Source: Clostridia bacterium (GTDB taxonomy: Bacteria > Bacillota > Clostridia > Oscillospirales > CAG-272). Taken from it: DNA of 64,000 nt. The stretch covers positions 2,762 through 66,761 of the forward strand of contig JAGAPG010000020.1 in the NCBI GenBank assembly GCA_017623355.1. Direction: 5' to 3'. Position 1 is the first letter of the stretch; each line of letters starts with the position of its first letter. The notes beneath the pieces are model-generated. The model was not told the origin of the DNA and did no database searches. It saw only the letters and a program-made list of their open reading frames with translations. This document shows, in pieces, positions 1-8,360 of this stretch. Both the position numbers and the translations under genes were made by a program.

Positions 1-939
1 GTGTGTGGCGACGATCTTATTCTTTATGCTGTAAGCGAATATGTTTACGAGTATCTTTTTGAGGTTGCAAAAAGAGAATTTTTCACCAAGGACGGCGAAC
101 AAGTCGACGTTACGGTTGCCAAGGATGCGGGCTTTATTTATCACAAGTCCGACTACACTCGCTACAACTACGCTCAGTATCTCAAGCTCAAAATGGGCAA
201 GATAAGCTACGAAACGCTTCTTGAGCTGTTTGAAGCGCGCACGTACACAGCCGAGGACGGAACGGTTATTCCTTACAGATTTTACGTTCCTTCAAGCTAC
301 GATCCCGAAAACGAAACGACTCCGCTTCTCGTTATTCTTCACGGAGCAGGCGAGCGTGGAAACGATAATTCAAGACAGCTTATAAATCTTGTTCCCGATA
401 TTTTCTCTCTTAATATTTCTCCCTATGCGGATGCGATAATAATTTGCCCTCAATGTCCCGGCGGACAACAATGGGTTGACACTCCTTGGTCTAACGGAAA
501 CTACAATATCAGCCACGTTCCCGAATCGAACGAGCTTGGCGCGGTTGTAGAGCTCATTTACGACGTAGAGGACGAATACCGTCCCGACACGAGCCGTTAT
601 TACGTAATGGGACTTTCTATGGGCGGATTTGGAACTTGGGATCTTATAATGCGCCACACAGAGCTTTTTGCGGCGGCAATTCCGATCTGTGGCGGAGCAG
701 ACACAACTCAAGCGGAAAAGCTTAAGGATTTTCCGATCTGGACATTCCACGGCACAGCAGATTATACCGTTCCCTATACAGGAACCTATGAAATGAAAAA
801 AGCCTTTGATGCAGTAGGCTCAAAGGTGTTCAAGTTTATGCCTATGGCGAACGCAGGGCATACTATCTGGTCGACGGTAGGACAGAATAGGGGATATGGG
901 CGCTGGCTTTTCGAGCAAATAAAACCTGAGGAAAACTAA
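1..939 (+). CDS. alpha/beta-hydrolase fold esterase/peptidase (5'-partial, ORF open to the window edge)
   Basis: Motifs LHGAGERGNDN and the nucleophile elbow GLSMGG (G-x-S-x-G), with downstream HGTADYTV and AGH candidates for the acid and His of a triad. Resembles COG4099-type predicted esterases. Confidence 0.75.
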   Translation: MCGDDLILYAVSEYVYEYLFEVAKREFFTKDGEQVDVTVAKDAGFIYHKSDYTRYNYAQYLKLKMGKISYETLLELFEARTYTAEDGTVIPYRFYVPSSYDPENETTPLLVILHGAGERGNDNSRQLINLVPDIFSLNISPYADAIIICPQCPGGQQWVDTPWSNGNYNISHVPESNELGAVVELIYDVEDEYRPDTSRYYVMGLSMGGFGTWDLIMRHTELFAAAIPICGGADTTQAEKLKDFPIWTFHGTADYTVPYTGTYEMKKAFDAVGSKVFKFMPMANAGHTIWSTVGQNRGYGRWLFEQIKPEEN

Positions 940-945
940 ACGGCG

Positions 946-1245
946 TTACACGTCGTTGTTCCTCGATGATGAACTTGACGTACGCCATGTACGTCGGCGT
1001 CCAATCATCTGCGGTACGCCTAGTTTAACGTGTTTATTTTTCCTCAGCAAACAAAGTGAAAAGCTGCGTCGTTGTTCCTCGACAATGACTTCGACGTACG
1101 CGATGTACGCCATCAGCCTTTGTCTGCGGTACGCCGACCCTAAGGGCTCCCGCAAAATCCGAAAGGATTTTTGGGAATGGGGGTAATTTGCTTCTTGCAC
1201 ATCAGCAAACAAAGTGAAAAGCTACGTCGTTGTTCCTTACAAAAA
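946..1245. repeat. intergenic repeat block (units cgtcgttgttcctcga...tctgcggtacgcc at ~950 and ~1075; cagcaaacaaagtgaaaagctNcgtcgttgttcct at 1046 and 1203)
   Basis: Direct repeats read from the sequence. The 88-aa and 76-aa track ORFs here lie inside the repeats and have no RBS. Confidence 0.7.
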
Positions 1246-1283
1246 CCTTTTAAACAGAGCTATAAATATGATAAGGAGAAAAA

Positions 1284-2873
1284 ATGATTACTGCAAAAAA
1301 TCCGATACTTTCGGGCTTTCATCCCGATCCTTCGATACTTCGCGTTGGTGAGGATTATTTCGTTGCCACGTCGACATTTCAGTGGTTTCCCGGAGTTTCG
1401 CTTTACCATTCGCGCGATCTTGTGAATTGGGAAGCGTTGCCCTCGCCGCTTAGCCGTTCATCTCAGCTCGATATGCAGGGCGATCCGAATTCGGGCGGAG
1501 TTTGGGGACCGTGTCTTTCGTACTGTGACGGAACGTTTTATCTTATCTACACGAACACGAGAAATTTTCACGGTATTTTCAAGGACACTCCGAACTATCT
1601 CGTTACAACGACTGATATTTTCGGCGGTGAGTGGAGCGAGCCTATTTATCTTAATTCAAGCGGCTTTGATCCGTCGCTCTTTCACGATGATGACGGGCGC
1701 AAATATCTTCTCAATATGCGTTGGGATCACCGAATGGAGTTTCACGATTTTGCGGGGATTCTTATGCAGGAATATTCAGAGAAGGAAAAGAAGCTCGTCG
1801 GCGAGATAAAAACTATTTTCAAGGGAACGCCCATCGGCGCGACCGAGGCTCCGCATCTTTATAAAAAGAACGGATATTATTATCTTATGCTTGCCGAGGG
1901 CGGAACGATGTACAATCACGGAGTTCAGCTTGCGCGCTCAAAAAATCTTTGGGGGCCGTACGAGGCTGATCCGCTTTCGCTTCTTACGACGAGAAATGAT
2001 CCTTCAAGTCCGCTTCAGCGCACAGGTCACGCCTCGTATATTGAAACGCCTGACGGCGACGGATACGTTGCGTATCTTTGTGCAAGACCGATTGGGGAAA
2101 AGAAGCGTTCTATTCTCGGCAGAGAAACGGCTATTGCCAATGTCGAATGGCGCGACGGCTGGCTTCGCTTAAAGGACTCCGATACGTTGACTCCGCCGAC
2201 GGAGTATAAGGTTTTTCTTGAGGAGCATAAATATCCTTGCTCTGACATAAGAGATTATTTTGATTGCGATACGCTTCCGCATCATTATAAGACTCTGCGC
2301 TTACCTCTTGAAAGAATTGGCTCTCTTACGGAAAGGCGCGGATTTTTGCGTCTTTACGGACAGCAAGCGATAACCTCGTGTGACGTGCAGAGCCTTGTCG
2401 GCAGACGGCTTCAGCATTTTAAATCGCAAAGCACTACTTATCTTGAATTTGATCCGAAAACTTTTCAGCAGATGGCGGGTCTTACGGTATTTTACGATAC
2501 TTATAATTTCTTTTACCTTTATATGTCGCGCGATGAGGAAAGCGGGCAGAACGCGCTTCGCATAGTCGTTCGCGATAATCTTAAATTCTACAATCCGATA
2601 AACGGCTTTAAAATTCTTATTGGGGAAAGCAAATGCGTTTGGCTAAGAGTCAATATCGACAGCCTGTGCCTTTCGTTCTCGTATTCTCTTGACGGAGAGG
2701 AATTTTTCTCTATCGGCGGTGAGCTTGATTGCTCGGATCTTAGTGACGAGGCGTATGTCGATATCGGTCACGAGGGACATACGGGCACGTTCGTTGGTAT
2801 GGCTTGTCAGGATCTTACCGGTGAGCGAATCGGCGCGGATTTTAAGTTTTTTGAATACAAAAGCCTTGAATAA
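1284..2873 (+). CDS. GH43 beta-xylosidase/alpha-L-arabinofuranosidase (XynB-like)
   Basis: N-terminus NPILSGFHPDPSI..DYFVATSTFQWFPG, with EAPHLYK and a C-terminal beta-sandwich region. AAGGAGA RBS precedes the ATG. Confidence 0.9.
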   Translation: MITAKNPILSGFHPDPSILRVGEDYFVATSTFQWFPGVSLYHSRDLVNWEALPSPLSRSSQLDMQGDPNSGGVWGPCLSYCDGTFYLIYTNTRNFHGIFKDTPNYLVTTTDIFGGEWSEPIYLNSSGFDPSLFHDDDGRKYLLNMRWDHRMEFHDFAGILMQEYSEKEKKLVGEIKTIFKGTPIGATEAPHLYKKNGYYYLMLAEGGTMYNHGVQLARSKNLWGPYEADPLSLLTTRNDPSSPLQRTGHASYIETPDGDGYVAYLCARPIGEKKRSILGRETAIANVEWRDGWLRLKDSDTLTPPTEYKVFLEEHKYPCSDIRDYFDCDTLPHHYKTLRLPLERIGSLTERRGFLRLYGQQAITSCDVQSLVGRRLQHFKSQSTTYLEFDPKTFQQMAGLTVFYDTYNFFYLYMSRDEESGQNALRIVVRDNLKFYNPINGFKILIGESKCVWLRVNIDSLCLSFSYSLDGEEFFSIGGELDCSDLSDEAYVDIGHEGHTGTFVGMACQDLTGERIGADFKFFEYKSLE

Positions 2874-2888
2874 AATAAAAAGAGCAGA
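2835..2888 (+). repeat. direct repeat copy 1 (last codons of GH43 + stop + start of terminator)
   Basis: gcggattttaagttttttgaatacaaaagccttgaataaaataaaaagagcaga recurs at 3653-3706 with one substitution and one 1-nt indel. Confidence 0.9.
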
Positions 2889-2930
2889 CATACAAGAAAT
2901 TTTCTTCTTGCGTGTCTGCTCTTCGTTTTT
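2879..2930. terminator. bidirectional intrinsic terminator between GH43 and the RHH gene
   Basis: Stem agagcagaca (2881-2890) pairs with tgtctgctct (2913-2922). T-runs are present on both strands. Confidence 0.75.
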
Positions 2931-3111
2931 AATTTTGCGGAGGATAAGTTATTTCACCCTCGGATTTTTCAAAATCCTTTATTGCCTGTCTTATGAGAAA
3001 TAAAATTTCTCCATTCGCAGAGCGACCGTAATATTTTGAAATATAATGAAGCTTGTAATGAAGCTCGGGATCAATCTCTATTCCTAAATGCTTGTTTTCT
3101 TTATTTCTCAT
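2929..3111 (-). CDS. Arc/CopG-type ribbon-helix-helix DNA-binding protein (60 aa)
   Basis: The pattern LGIEIDPELHYKLHYISKYYGRSANGEILFLIRQAI matches the RHH strand-helix-helix pattern (xRLPxELHxKLKxxAxxxGRSxNxEI). ATG at 3111 follows GAGGTG. The track start at 3117 is GTG. Confidence 0.6.
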   Translation of the reverse strand: MRNKENKHLGIEIDPELHYKLHYISKYYGRSANGEILFLIRQAIKDFEKSEGEITYPPQN

Positions 3112-3126
3112 AAACACCTCTAAAAT

Positions 3127-3194
3127 CTTAATTTAAGTATATTTTAAGATTATTTTATGGTATAATGTTGTTGGTATACTTAAATTAAGTATAC
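3127..3194. promoter_or_regulatory. divergent promoter/operator region of the RHH-SLOG cassette
   Basis: Perfect 21-bp palindrome gtatacttaa-a-ttaagtatac at 3174-3194. A third half-site, cttaatttaagtata, lies at 3127-3141 and is the exact inverted repeat of 3175-3189. The extended -10 TGgTATAAT (3158-3166) sits between them. Confidence 0.7.
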
Positions 3195-3223
3195 TGAATT
3201 TTTGAATTTTAGGAGAGGGATTT

Positions 3224-3691
3224 ATGAATTGTACTTTTTTTGGACATCATGATGCACCGGAGCATATAAAACCAAAATTAAAAGAAACCATCTTGAATAT
3301 TTTTGACAGAGGAGTTAGCAGCTTTTATGTTGGAAATAACGGAAGATTTGATTTTTTAGTGCAGGAAGCGTTAAACGAATTAAATAAAAGCTATTCAATA
3401 AAATATAGCATCATTTTGTCTTATTTAAATGAAAAAGCAATAATCGGTAATCAAGAGAATACGTTATATCCGGAGGAATTAGAGGGTGTTTATCAACGTT
3501 TTGCAATTTCAAAACGAAATGAATGGCTTTTGAAAAAATCTTCAATCATAATTGCCTATGTGCAAAATTCCTTCTCTAATTCTTACAAGTGGATAGAAAA
3601 AGCAAGAAAAAAAGGCTTGATAATTATAAATTTAGCAAGCGCCGATCTAAGTGCGGATTTTAAGCTTTTTGAATACAAAAGCCTTGAATAA
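3224..3691 (+). CDS. SLOG/DUF1273 (YpsA-like) family protein with a C-terminal tail copied from GH43
   Basis: N-terminal CTFFGHHD..P..KLKETI, then GVSSFYVGNNGRFDFLVQEAL and a C-terminal KARKKGLIIINL, resembling DUF1273/SLOG proteins. The last 10 aa, ADFKLFEYKSLE-type, equal the GH43 C-terminus. Confidence 0.55.
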   Translation: MNCTFFGHHDAPEHIKPKLKETILNIFDRGVSSFYVGNNGRFDFLVQEALNELNKSYSIKYSIILSYLNEKAIIGNQENTLYPEELEGVYQRFAISKRNEWLLKKSSIIIAYVQNSFSNSYKWIEKARKKGLIIINLASADLSADFKLFEYKSLE

Positions 3692-3706
3692 AATAAAAGA
3701 GCAGAG
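3653..3706 (+). repeat. direct repeat copy 2 (3' end of SLOG ORF + terminator start)
   Basis: Near-identical to 2835-2888. Confidence 0.9.
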
Positions 3707-3720
3707 AAATCTGCTCTTTC
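3697..3720. terminator. hairpin terminator shared by the SLOG gene (+) and azlD (-)
   Basis: agagcag-agaaat-ctgctct. The minus-strand reading is followed by ttttatttt. Confidence 0.6.
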
Positions 3721-3765
3721 ATTATCATAAATTGATGAAAATTTTTCAGTGTCTGCCGAGAACGG

Positions 3766-4065
3766 TCATAAAAAGAAAAGCATTGTGACAAGCACGCTGA
3801 CGATGACGGTTACGGCGGTTGGCATTCTTTTTATGCACGAGAGCACGATAGCTGCGAGCGCGCCGACAGCGCCGACATACCACCTTGACGCATCAACGCT
3901 CAGAACTCCGGGAAATATGAGCGCGCCGAGGGCGGTAAACGGAATAAGATTTAAAAACTTTTCAGCCTTAGGGCTTATTTTTATTTTGTCTGTTATAAAC
4001 GACGGTAAAAGGCGCACGCCGTAGGTAACGACCATCATACAAAGAGCGAGTAATATGTAATTCAT
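3766..4065 (-). CDS. azlD: branched-chain amino acid transport protein AzlD
   Basis: 99-aa hydrophobic protein. Its ATG at 4065 has a GGAGGAG RBS and an ATGA overlap with the azlC stop. The 219-aa track ORF is an upstream over-extension. Confidence 0.75.
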   Translation of the reverse strand: MNYILLALCMMVVTYGVRLLPSFITDKIKISPKAEKFLNLIPFTALGALIFPGVLSVDASRWYVGAVGALAAIVLSCIKRMPTAVTVIVSVLVTMLFFL

Positions 4066-4793
4066 ACGTTCTCCTCCTTTTTGGGCAGGGGAGTGTCTGA
4101 ATTTTGCGCCTCGGGGTCTTTTACGAACCACACTCCGAAAAGAGCGCACGCAATACAGGAAACGATTATAGCCCAGCTTGATTTCAAGCCTATCCACACA
4201 AGAATGCTGTTTACGATAGCGGTGAGGATGACGAGCAGAATAAGACGCAGATTTTTTCTTATTCCGGGAACGAGAATAGAAATAAAGAGTGCGTAAAGAG
4301 CAATTCCCAAAGCGTTTGAAATCTGCTCGGGTAAAATGTTGCTTGCAAGCGCGCCGATTACCGTTCCGCCAACCCACGAGCCGTAGGTAACGACGATAAC
4401 GCCGTACATAAACCAAGGCGTGCAATCCCTTTCGGACATTGTGGCGGTAAGCGCGAAGGATTCGTCCGTTACGCCGAACGAGCAGATAAGCTTTTCGCCG
4501 AGATTGGTTTTACCTATCTTTCTCATAATGCAGGTGCCCATTATGAAGTGTCTTAGGTTCACGATAAAGGTAGCGAAAACAACCTCAAAAAACGCAGAGC
4601 TGAGGGATATCAGCTCAAGCGCCATTATCTGTGAAGCTCCCGCGAAAACGAAAACGGACATAAGTATCGTTTCGCTCGTTGAGAAGCCTGTTTCGCCTGC
4701 TAAAACGGCAAAAGCCATAGCTACGGGAATGAAGCCGAACATAACGGGAACGGAGCGCCTCATTCCGAATAAAAACTGTTTTCTTCTTGTCAT
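4062..4793 (-). CDS. azlC: AzlC family branched-chain amino acid permease subunit
   Basis: 243-aa polytopic membrane protein with an AzlC-like N-terminus (GMRRSVPVMFGFIPVAMAFAVLA), followed by azlD. Confidence 0.8.
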   Translation of the reverse strand: MTRRKQFLFGMRRSVPVMFGFIPVAMAFAVLAGETGFSTSETILMSVFVFAGASQIMALELISLSSAFFEVVFATFIVNLRHFIMGTCIMRKIGKTNLGEKLICSFGVTDESFALTATMSERDCTPWFMYGVIVVTYGSWVGGTVIGALASNILPEQISNALGIALYALFISILVPGIRKNLRLILLVILTAIVNSILVWIGLKSSWAIIVSCIACALFGVWFVKDPEAQNSDTPLPKKEENV

Positions 4794-4810
4794 ATTTTCT
4801 CTCTTTAAAA

Positions 4811-5539
4811 TTAAAGCGGTTTTTTGGATATTTGCGAATTGTTGCGCGGATATTTTTTGGGTGTCGGAGCGATTTTTTCGATTATAACCATCGTTCTCGT
4901 CAGCTCCTCAAAATCGTTTTTGAGTGTATATTCAACCACAGAGTCGAGCCTTCCGCCAAGCAGAGATATTGCGCTCTCGGCGTTTTTTATCTCCTCTGCG
5001 GTGGTAAGCGACTTCATAGCTATAAATTTTCCGCCCACCTTAACAAGAGGCAGACAAAGCTCGCAAAGCAGAGAAAGCTTTCCAAGCGCGCGTGCGCAGG
5101 AAACATCAAAGCTCTCGCGAAAATCATTGTTTTGTCCAAGCTCCTCTGCGCGCGAATTTGATACGCTAACGTTATTTAAACCGAGCTTTTGTGCGGTTTC
5201 ATTAACGTAGGTCACCTTTTTTGTAACGCTGTCAACGCCGATTATCGACACGTCAGGGCGTAAAATTGCAATAGGCAGGGTAGGAAAGCCACCGCCGCAG
5301 CCGATATCGCATACGCGCGCGCCGTCCTTTATGTAAGGAATTATCGCCACAGAGTCCACAAAATGCTTCAAAATAACGCCGTCGGTGTCCCTTATGGCAG
5401 TAAGATTAAGATGCTCGTTTACCTCAAGCATACGTGAGCAAAGCGCCTCGAACACCTCGGCGCTTTTTTCTGTTATTAAATCTTTAGTAGCCTCGTTTTT
5501 GTCGGCTATTCTTATAAGCTCTTTAGAAAATTCGGTCAT
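4811..5539 (-). CDS. rsmG: 16S rRNA (guanine527-N7)-methyltransferase RsmG (GidB)
   Basis: LNLTAIRD..ILKHFVDS and the SAM motif DIGCGGGFPTLPIAI. Confidence 0.9.
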   Translation of the reverse strand: MTEFSKELIRIADKNEATKDLITEKSAEVFEALCSRMLEVNEHLNLTAIRDTDGVILKHFVDSVAIIPYIKDGARVCDIGCGGGFPTLPIAILRPDVSIIGVDSVTKKVTYVNETAQKLGLNNVSVSNSRAEELGQNNDFRESFDVSCARALGKLSLLCELCLPLVKVGGKFIAMKSLTTAEEIKNAESAISLLGGRLDSVVEYTLKNDFEELTRTMVIIEKIAPTPKKYPRNNSQISKKPL

Positions 5540-6450
5540 TGTTGCCTCAGCCTTGTAAGTAATTTTTCAAATTCCTCGGGAAGTGGCGAGGAAAAGGTCA
5601 TGATTTCCTTTGTTTTGGGATGCGGAAAGGAAAGCTCTTTTGCGTGCAGGCACTGTCCGTGAAGCAGACCTGCATTTGCTTTTTCAAACGGAGTTTTGCC
5701 GCCGCCGTACACAGTGTCGCCTATTATTGGGTGACCTATATGGCTCATATGGACTCTTATCTGATGAGTTCTGCCTGTTTCAAGCTCCATTTTTGCGTAA
5801 GTGTAGGACGGAAGATACTCAATAACCTCGCAGTGAGTGATCGCCTCTCTGCCGCCTGCCACGACAGCCATTCGCTTTCGGTCGACGGGGTGTCGCGCAA
5901 TCGGCGCATTTATAGTTTGACGGTCGCTTTTTAAGTGCCCTGTAAGTATTGCGTGGTATGTGCGCTTTATTCCGTGATCCTTTAAAAGAGAGGAAAGAAA
6001 TATATGTGCCTCGTCGGTCTTGGCGCAGACCAAAAGTCCGCTGGTGTCCTTATCTATTCTGTGAACTATTCCGGGGCGGATAACTCCGTTTATCCCAGAC
6101 AGAGTGTCTTTACAATGATATAAAAGAGCATTTACGAGTGTTCCGCTTTCGTTGCCCGGCGCGGGATGAACAACCATACCTGACGGTTTATTTATAACGA
6201 TTATCTCACTATCCTCGTAGATTATATCAAGAGGGATATTTTCGGGCTGAGCATCAAGCTCGCGCATTTCCTGCTCCTCGGCTTCTATTTCGTCGCCCTC
6301 GCGCAGACGGTAGTTTTTACTCTCGCTTTTTCCGTTTACGGTGACGTAGCCACCCTCGATAAGCCCTTGTGCGCTTGAGCGAGTTATGCCAAGAGCTTCG
6401 GAAACAAACACGTCAAGGCGTTTTTTTGCGTTTTCAGCCGTTATTTTCAT
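5536..6450 (-). CDS. rluD: RluA-family 23S rRNA pseudouridine synthase (RluD-like) with N-terminal S4 domain
   Basis: Catalytic HRIDKDTSGLL, GRTHQIRVH, and an S4-like RLDVFVSE. ATG at 6450 is preferred over the TTG at 6492. Confidence 0.85.
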   Translation of the reverse strand: MKITAENAKKRLDVFVSEALGITRSSAQGLIEGGYVTVNGKSESKNYRLREGDEIEAEEQEMRELDAQPENIPLDIIYEDSEIIVINKPSGMVVHPAPGNESGTLVNALLYHCKDTLSGINGVIRPGIVHRIDKDTSGLLVCAKTDEAHIFLSSLLKDHGIKRTYHAILTGHLKSDRQTINAPIARHPVDRKRMAVVAGGREAITHCEVIEYLPSYTYAKMELETGRTHQIRVHMSHIGHPIIGDTVYGGGKTPFEKANAGLLHGQCLHAKELSFPHPKTKEIMTFSSPLPEEFEKLLTRLRQQ

Positions 6451-6970
6451 CTTTTTTGTCAGCCTTTTTCTTGTTTTTAAATTCGAGAACAATCTCCTTA
6501 ACGAGCCAAACGAGAATTACAGCAATACCGATACATACAAATGAGTCTGCAATATTGAAAACGTAAAAGCCCGTCACCTCGCCCTCGGCGAAGTTATATA
6601 TTCTCACAAAGCGCATATCTATCATATCAACGACAAAGCCGCGAAGGGTGCGGTCTATCATATTTCCGACACCTCCGCTTATTACGAGCGCAAGGGAGAT
6701 CTTTACTATATTGCTTTCCTTACAGAAGCGGAAAAGATATATGCAAAGGGCGATAATTCCCACCGTGGAAAGGATCATAAATATCCATCTGCTGTCGGAT
6801 AGCATACCGAAAGCCGCGCCTCTGTTCTGAACGTAGGTTATATGAAAAACATCCTCGATCACCGCAACGCTTTCGCCTCGCTCCATAAGGGAATCGACAA
6901 GGATCTTGCTTATTTGGTCAAGCGCGACTCCGCCACAGATGATTATAATTAAAATTACGTAAAAGGGCAT
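6434..6970 (-). CDS. lspA: lipoprotein signal peptidase II
   Basis: NRGAAFGML and FNIADSFVCIG motifs, with 4 TM segments. Confidence 0.9.
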   Translation of the reverse strand: MPFYVILIIIICGGVALDQISKILVDSLMERGESVAVIEDVFHITYVQNRGAAFGMLSDSRWIFMILSTVGIIALCIYLFRFCKESNIVKISLALVISGGVGNMIDRTLRGFVVDMIDMRFVRIYNFAEGEVTGFYVFNIADSFVCIGIAVILVWLVKEIVLEFKNKKKADKKDENNG

Positions 6971-6988
6971 AATTTCTCCTTTGATTGA

Positions 6989-7273
6989 TCACGCGTACAC
7001 GACAAACGCGGATAATACCGAGCTTGCCATGCCGATAAAAAGATAGAGAACTATAAAGGAAAGGTCGATAGGGCAACGGCGAACGAAGGAAATACGCATA
7101 AGCAAATTCCTTATTGGAGCGACGATAGGCTCTGTGATCGCAGTGGCTATTCTGTTTACCTTTGACTCTCTGAAATAAGGCGCCCAAGAGCATATGGCGC
7201 GAACGATGAGGACGATCTCGAAAAGACTTAATAAATATATAAGCGTATAAGCTATGACTTTAATAAAATCCAT
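6989..7273 (-). CDS. yggT: YggT family membrane protein
   Basis: 94 aa, two TM segments, IVRAICSWAP motif, and a conserved position next to sepF. Confidence 0.75.
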   Translation of the reverse strand: MDFIKVIAYTLIYLLSLFEIVLIVRAICSWAPYFRESKVNRIATAITEPIVAPIRNLLMRISFVRRCPIDLSFIVLYLFIGMASSVLSAFVVYA

Positions 7274-7293
7274 AATATCTCCTCAAAAATTTT

Positions 7294-7683
7294 TTAAATA
7301 TCCGAAAATGTGTCCTCGCTATCCTCCGAGCTTTCAAAAGCCTCACCGCTTACATCAACGTCGCGCGGAGCGATAAAATAGGAATCCTTAGTTGCTTTTT
7401 TGATATTTGAATTAAGCGCGTAGGCAACACCGCTTATGAAATCTATCATTCTGCGACAGATAGCGCGGTCGAGCCCCTCAAGATTAAGAAGAACCGTCTT
7501 CCCGTCGAGCAAGCAATCTGCGGCAACGAGTATTTGCTCGAACTCAGAGGGCTTTATTACCTTTAATTCGATATTTGCTCCGTCAAGAGCTATGCTTGCG
7601 CCCTCGTCATTTTGCTCCTCAAGCTCCTCGTCAAGCTCGTCCTCCTCGTTATAGCGATTGAAAAATTTACTGAAAAGTCCCAT
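7294..7683 (-). CDS. sepF: cell division protein SepF
   Basis: Acidic linker followed by the C-terminal domain IKPSEFEQ..DGKTVLLNLEGLD..RRMIDFISGVAYAL..YFIAP. Confidence 0.9.
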   Translation of the reverse strand: MGLFSKFFNRYNEEDELDEELEEQNDEGASIALDGANIELKVIKPSEFEQILVAADCLLDGKTVLLNLEGLDRAICRRMIDFISGVAYALNSNIKKATKDSYFIAPRDVDVSGEAFESSEDSEDTFSDI

Positions 7684-8360
7684 TAGTTATACTTCCTTTC
7701 TCCGAATATGGCGCTGCCTACTCTTACGAGCGTTGCGCCCTCCTTTATTGCGTATTCATAGCTTTCGCTCATACCCATTGAGAGTATTGCGTTATCTTCG
7801 TTTTTGAAAAGCGAATCAAACAGCTCCCTTGTGAGCGCAAAATATTTTCTGTATTCCGCCTCGCTTGAGCATTTTGGCGCCATTGTCATAAGTCCGCGTA
7901 CGCGAATATTTTTAAGAGCTCTTACCGAGGCGACGAGCGCTTCCGCATCCTCCGGCATAGCTCCACCCTTTTCTGCCTCGCGCCCTGAATTTATCTCTAT
8001 AAGAACGTCCATCGTTTTGCCCAGCTTGGCGCATCTTTTGTCAATTTCCTCGGCAAGCGAAATGCTATCCACGGAATGAATCATATCTACCTTGTCGCAG
8101 ATATATTTTACCTTGTTTTTCTGTAGCGAGCCGATAAGGTGTATGCAAACGCTGTCCTTTTTTATTTCGTCATATTTCTGCAAAAGCTCCTGAACTCTGT
8201 TTTCTCCGATGAGCGTAGCTCCGCTTTCGATAAGAAAATTTATATCCTCGGCGCTCTGCATTTTCGTTGCTATGAGCATATCAACGCGTCTTCCGCCAGA
8301 AAGCTCGGATATTTTATCAAGCGTTGATCTGTAATTTTGTAAAAGCTGTTCCTTTGTCAT
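7683..8360 (-). CDS. yggS: YggS/YlmE family pyridoxal-phosphate homeostasis protein
   Basis: 225 aa with ATKMQS..IGENRVQEL, HLIGSLQKNKVKY and SMGMSESYEYAIKEGAT.VRVGSAIFG. Confidence 0.9.
   Translation of the reverse strand: MTKEQLLQNYRSTLDKISELSGGRRVDMLIATKMQSAEDINFLIESGATLIGENRVQELLQKYDEIKKDSVCIHLIGSLQKNKVKYICDKVDMIHSVDSISLAEEIDKRCAKLGKTMDVLIEINSGREAEKGGAMPEDAEALVASVRALKNIRVRGLMTMAPKCSSEAEYRKYFALTRELFDSLFKNEDNAILSMGMSESYEYAIKEGATLVRVGSAIFGERKYN

Noticed and set aside
946-1212. 88-aa (-) and 76-aa (+) ORFs between the esterase and GH43 genes
   Set aside because: Both are contained in the intergenic repeat block. They mirror each other, lack an RBS, and their sequence is dictated by the repeats.
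3766-4425. 219-aa track ORF for the azlD locus
   Set aside because: Only the last 99 codons are hydrophobic and AzlD-like with a strong RBS. The upstream 120 codons overlap azlC in another frame and are Arg-rich junk.
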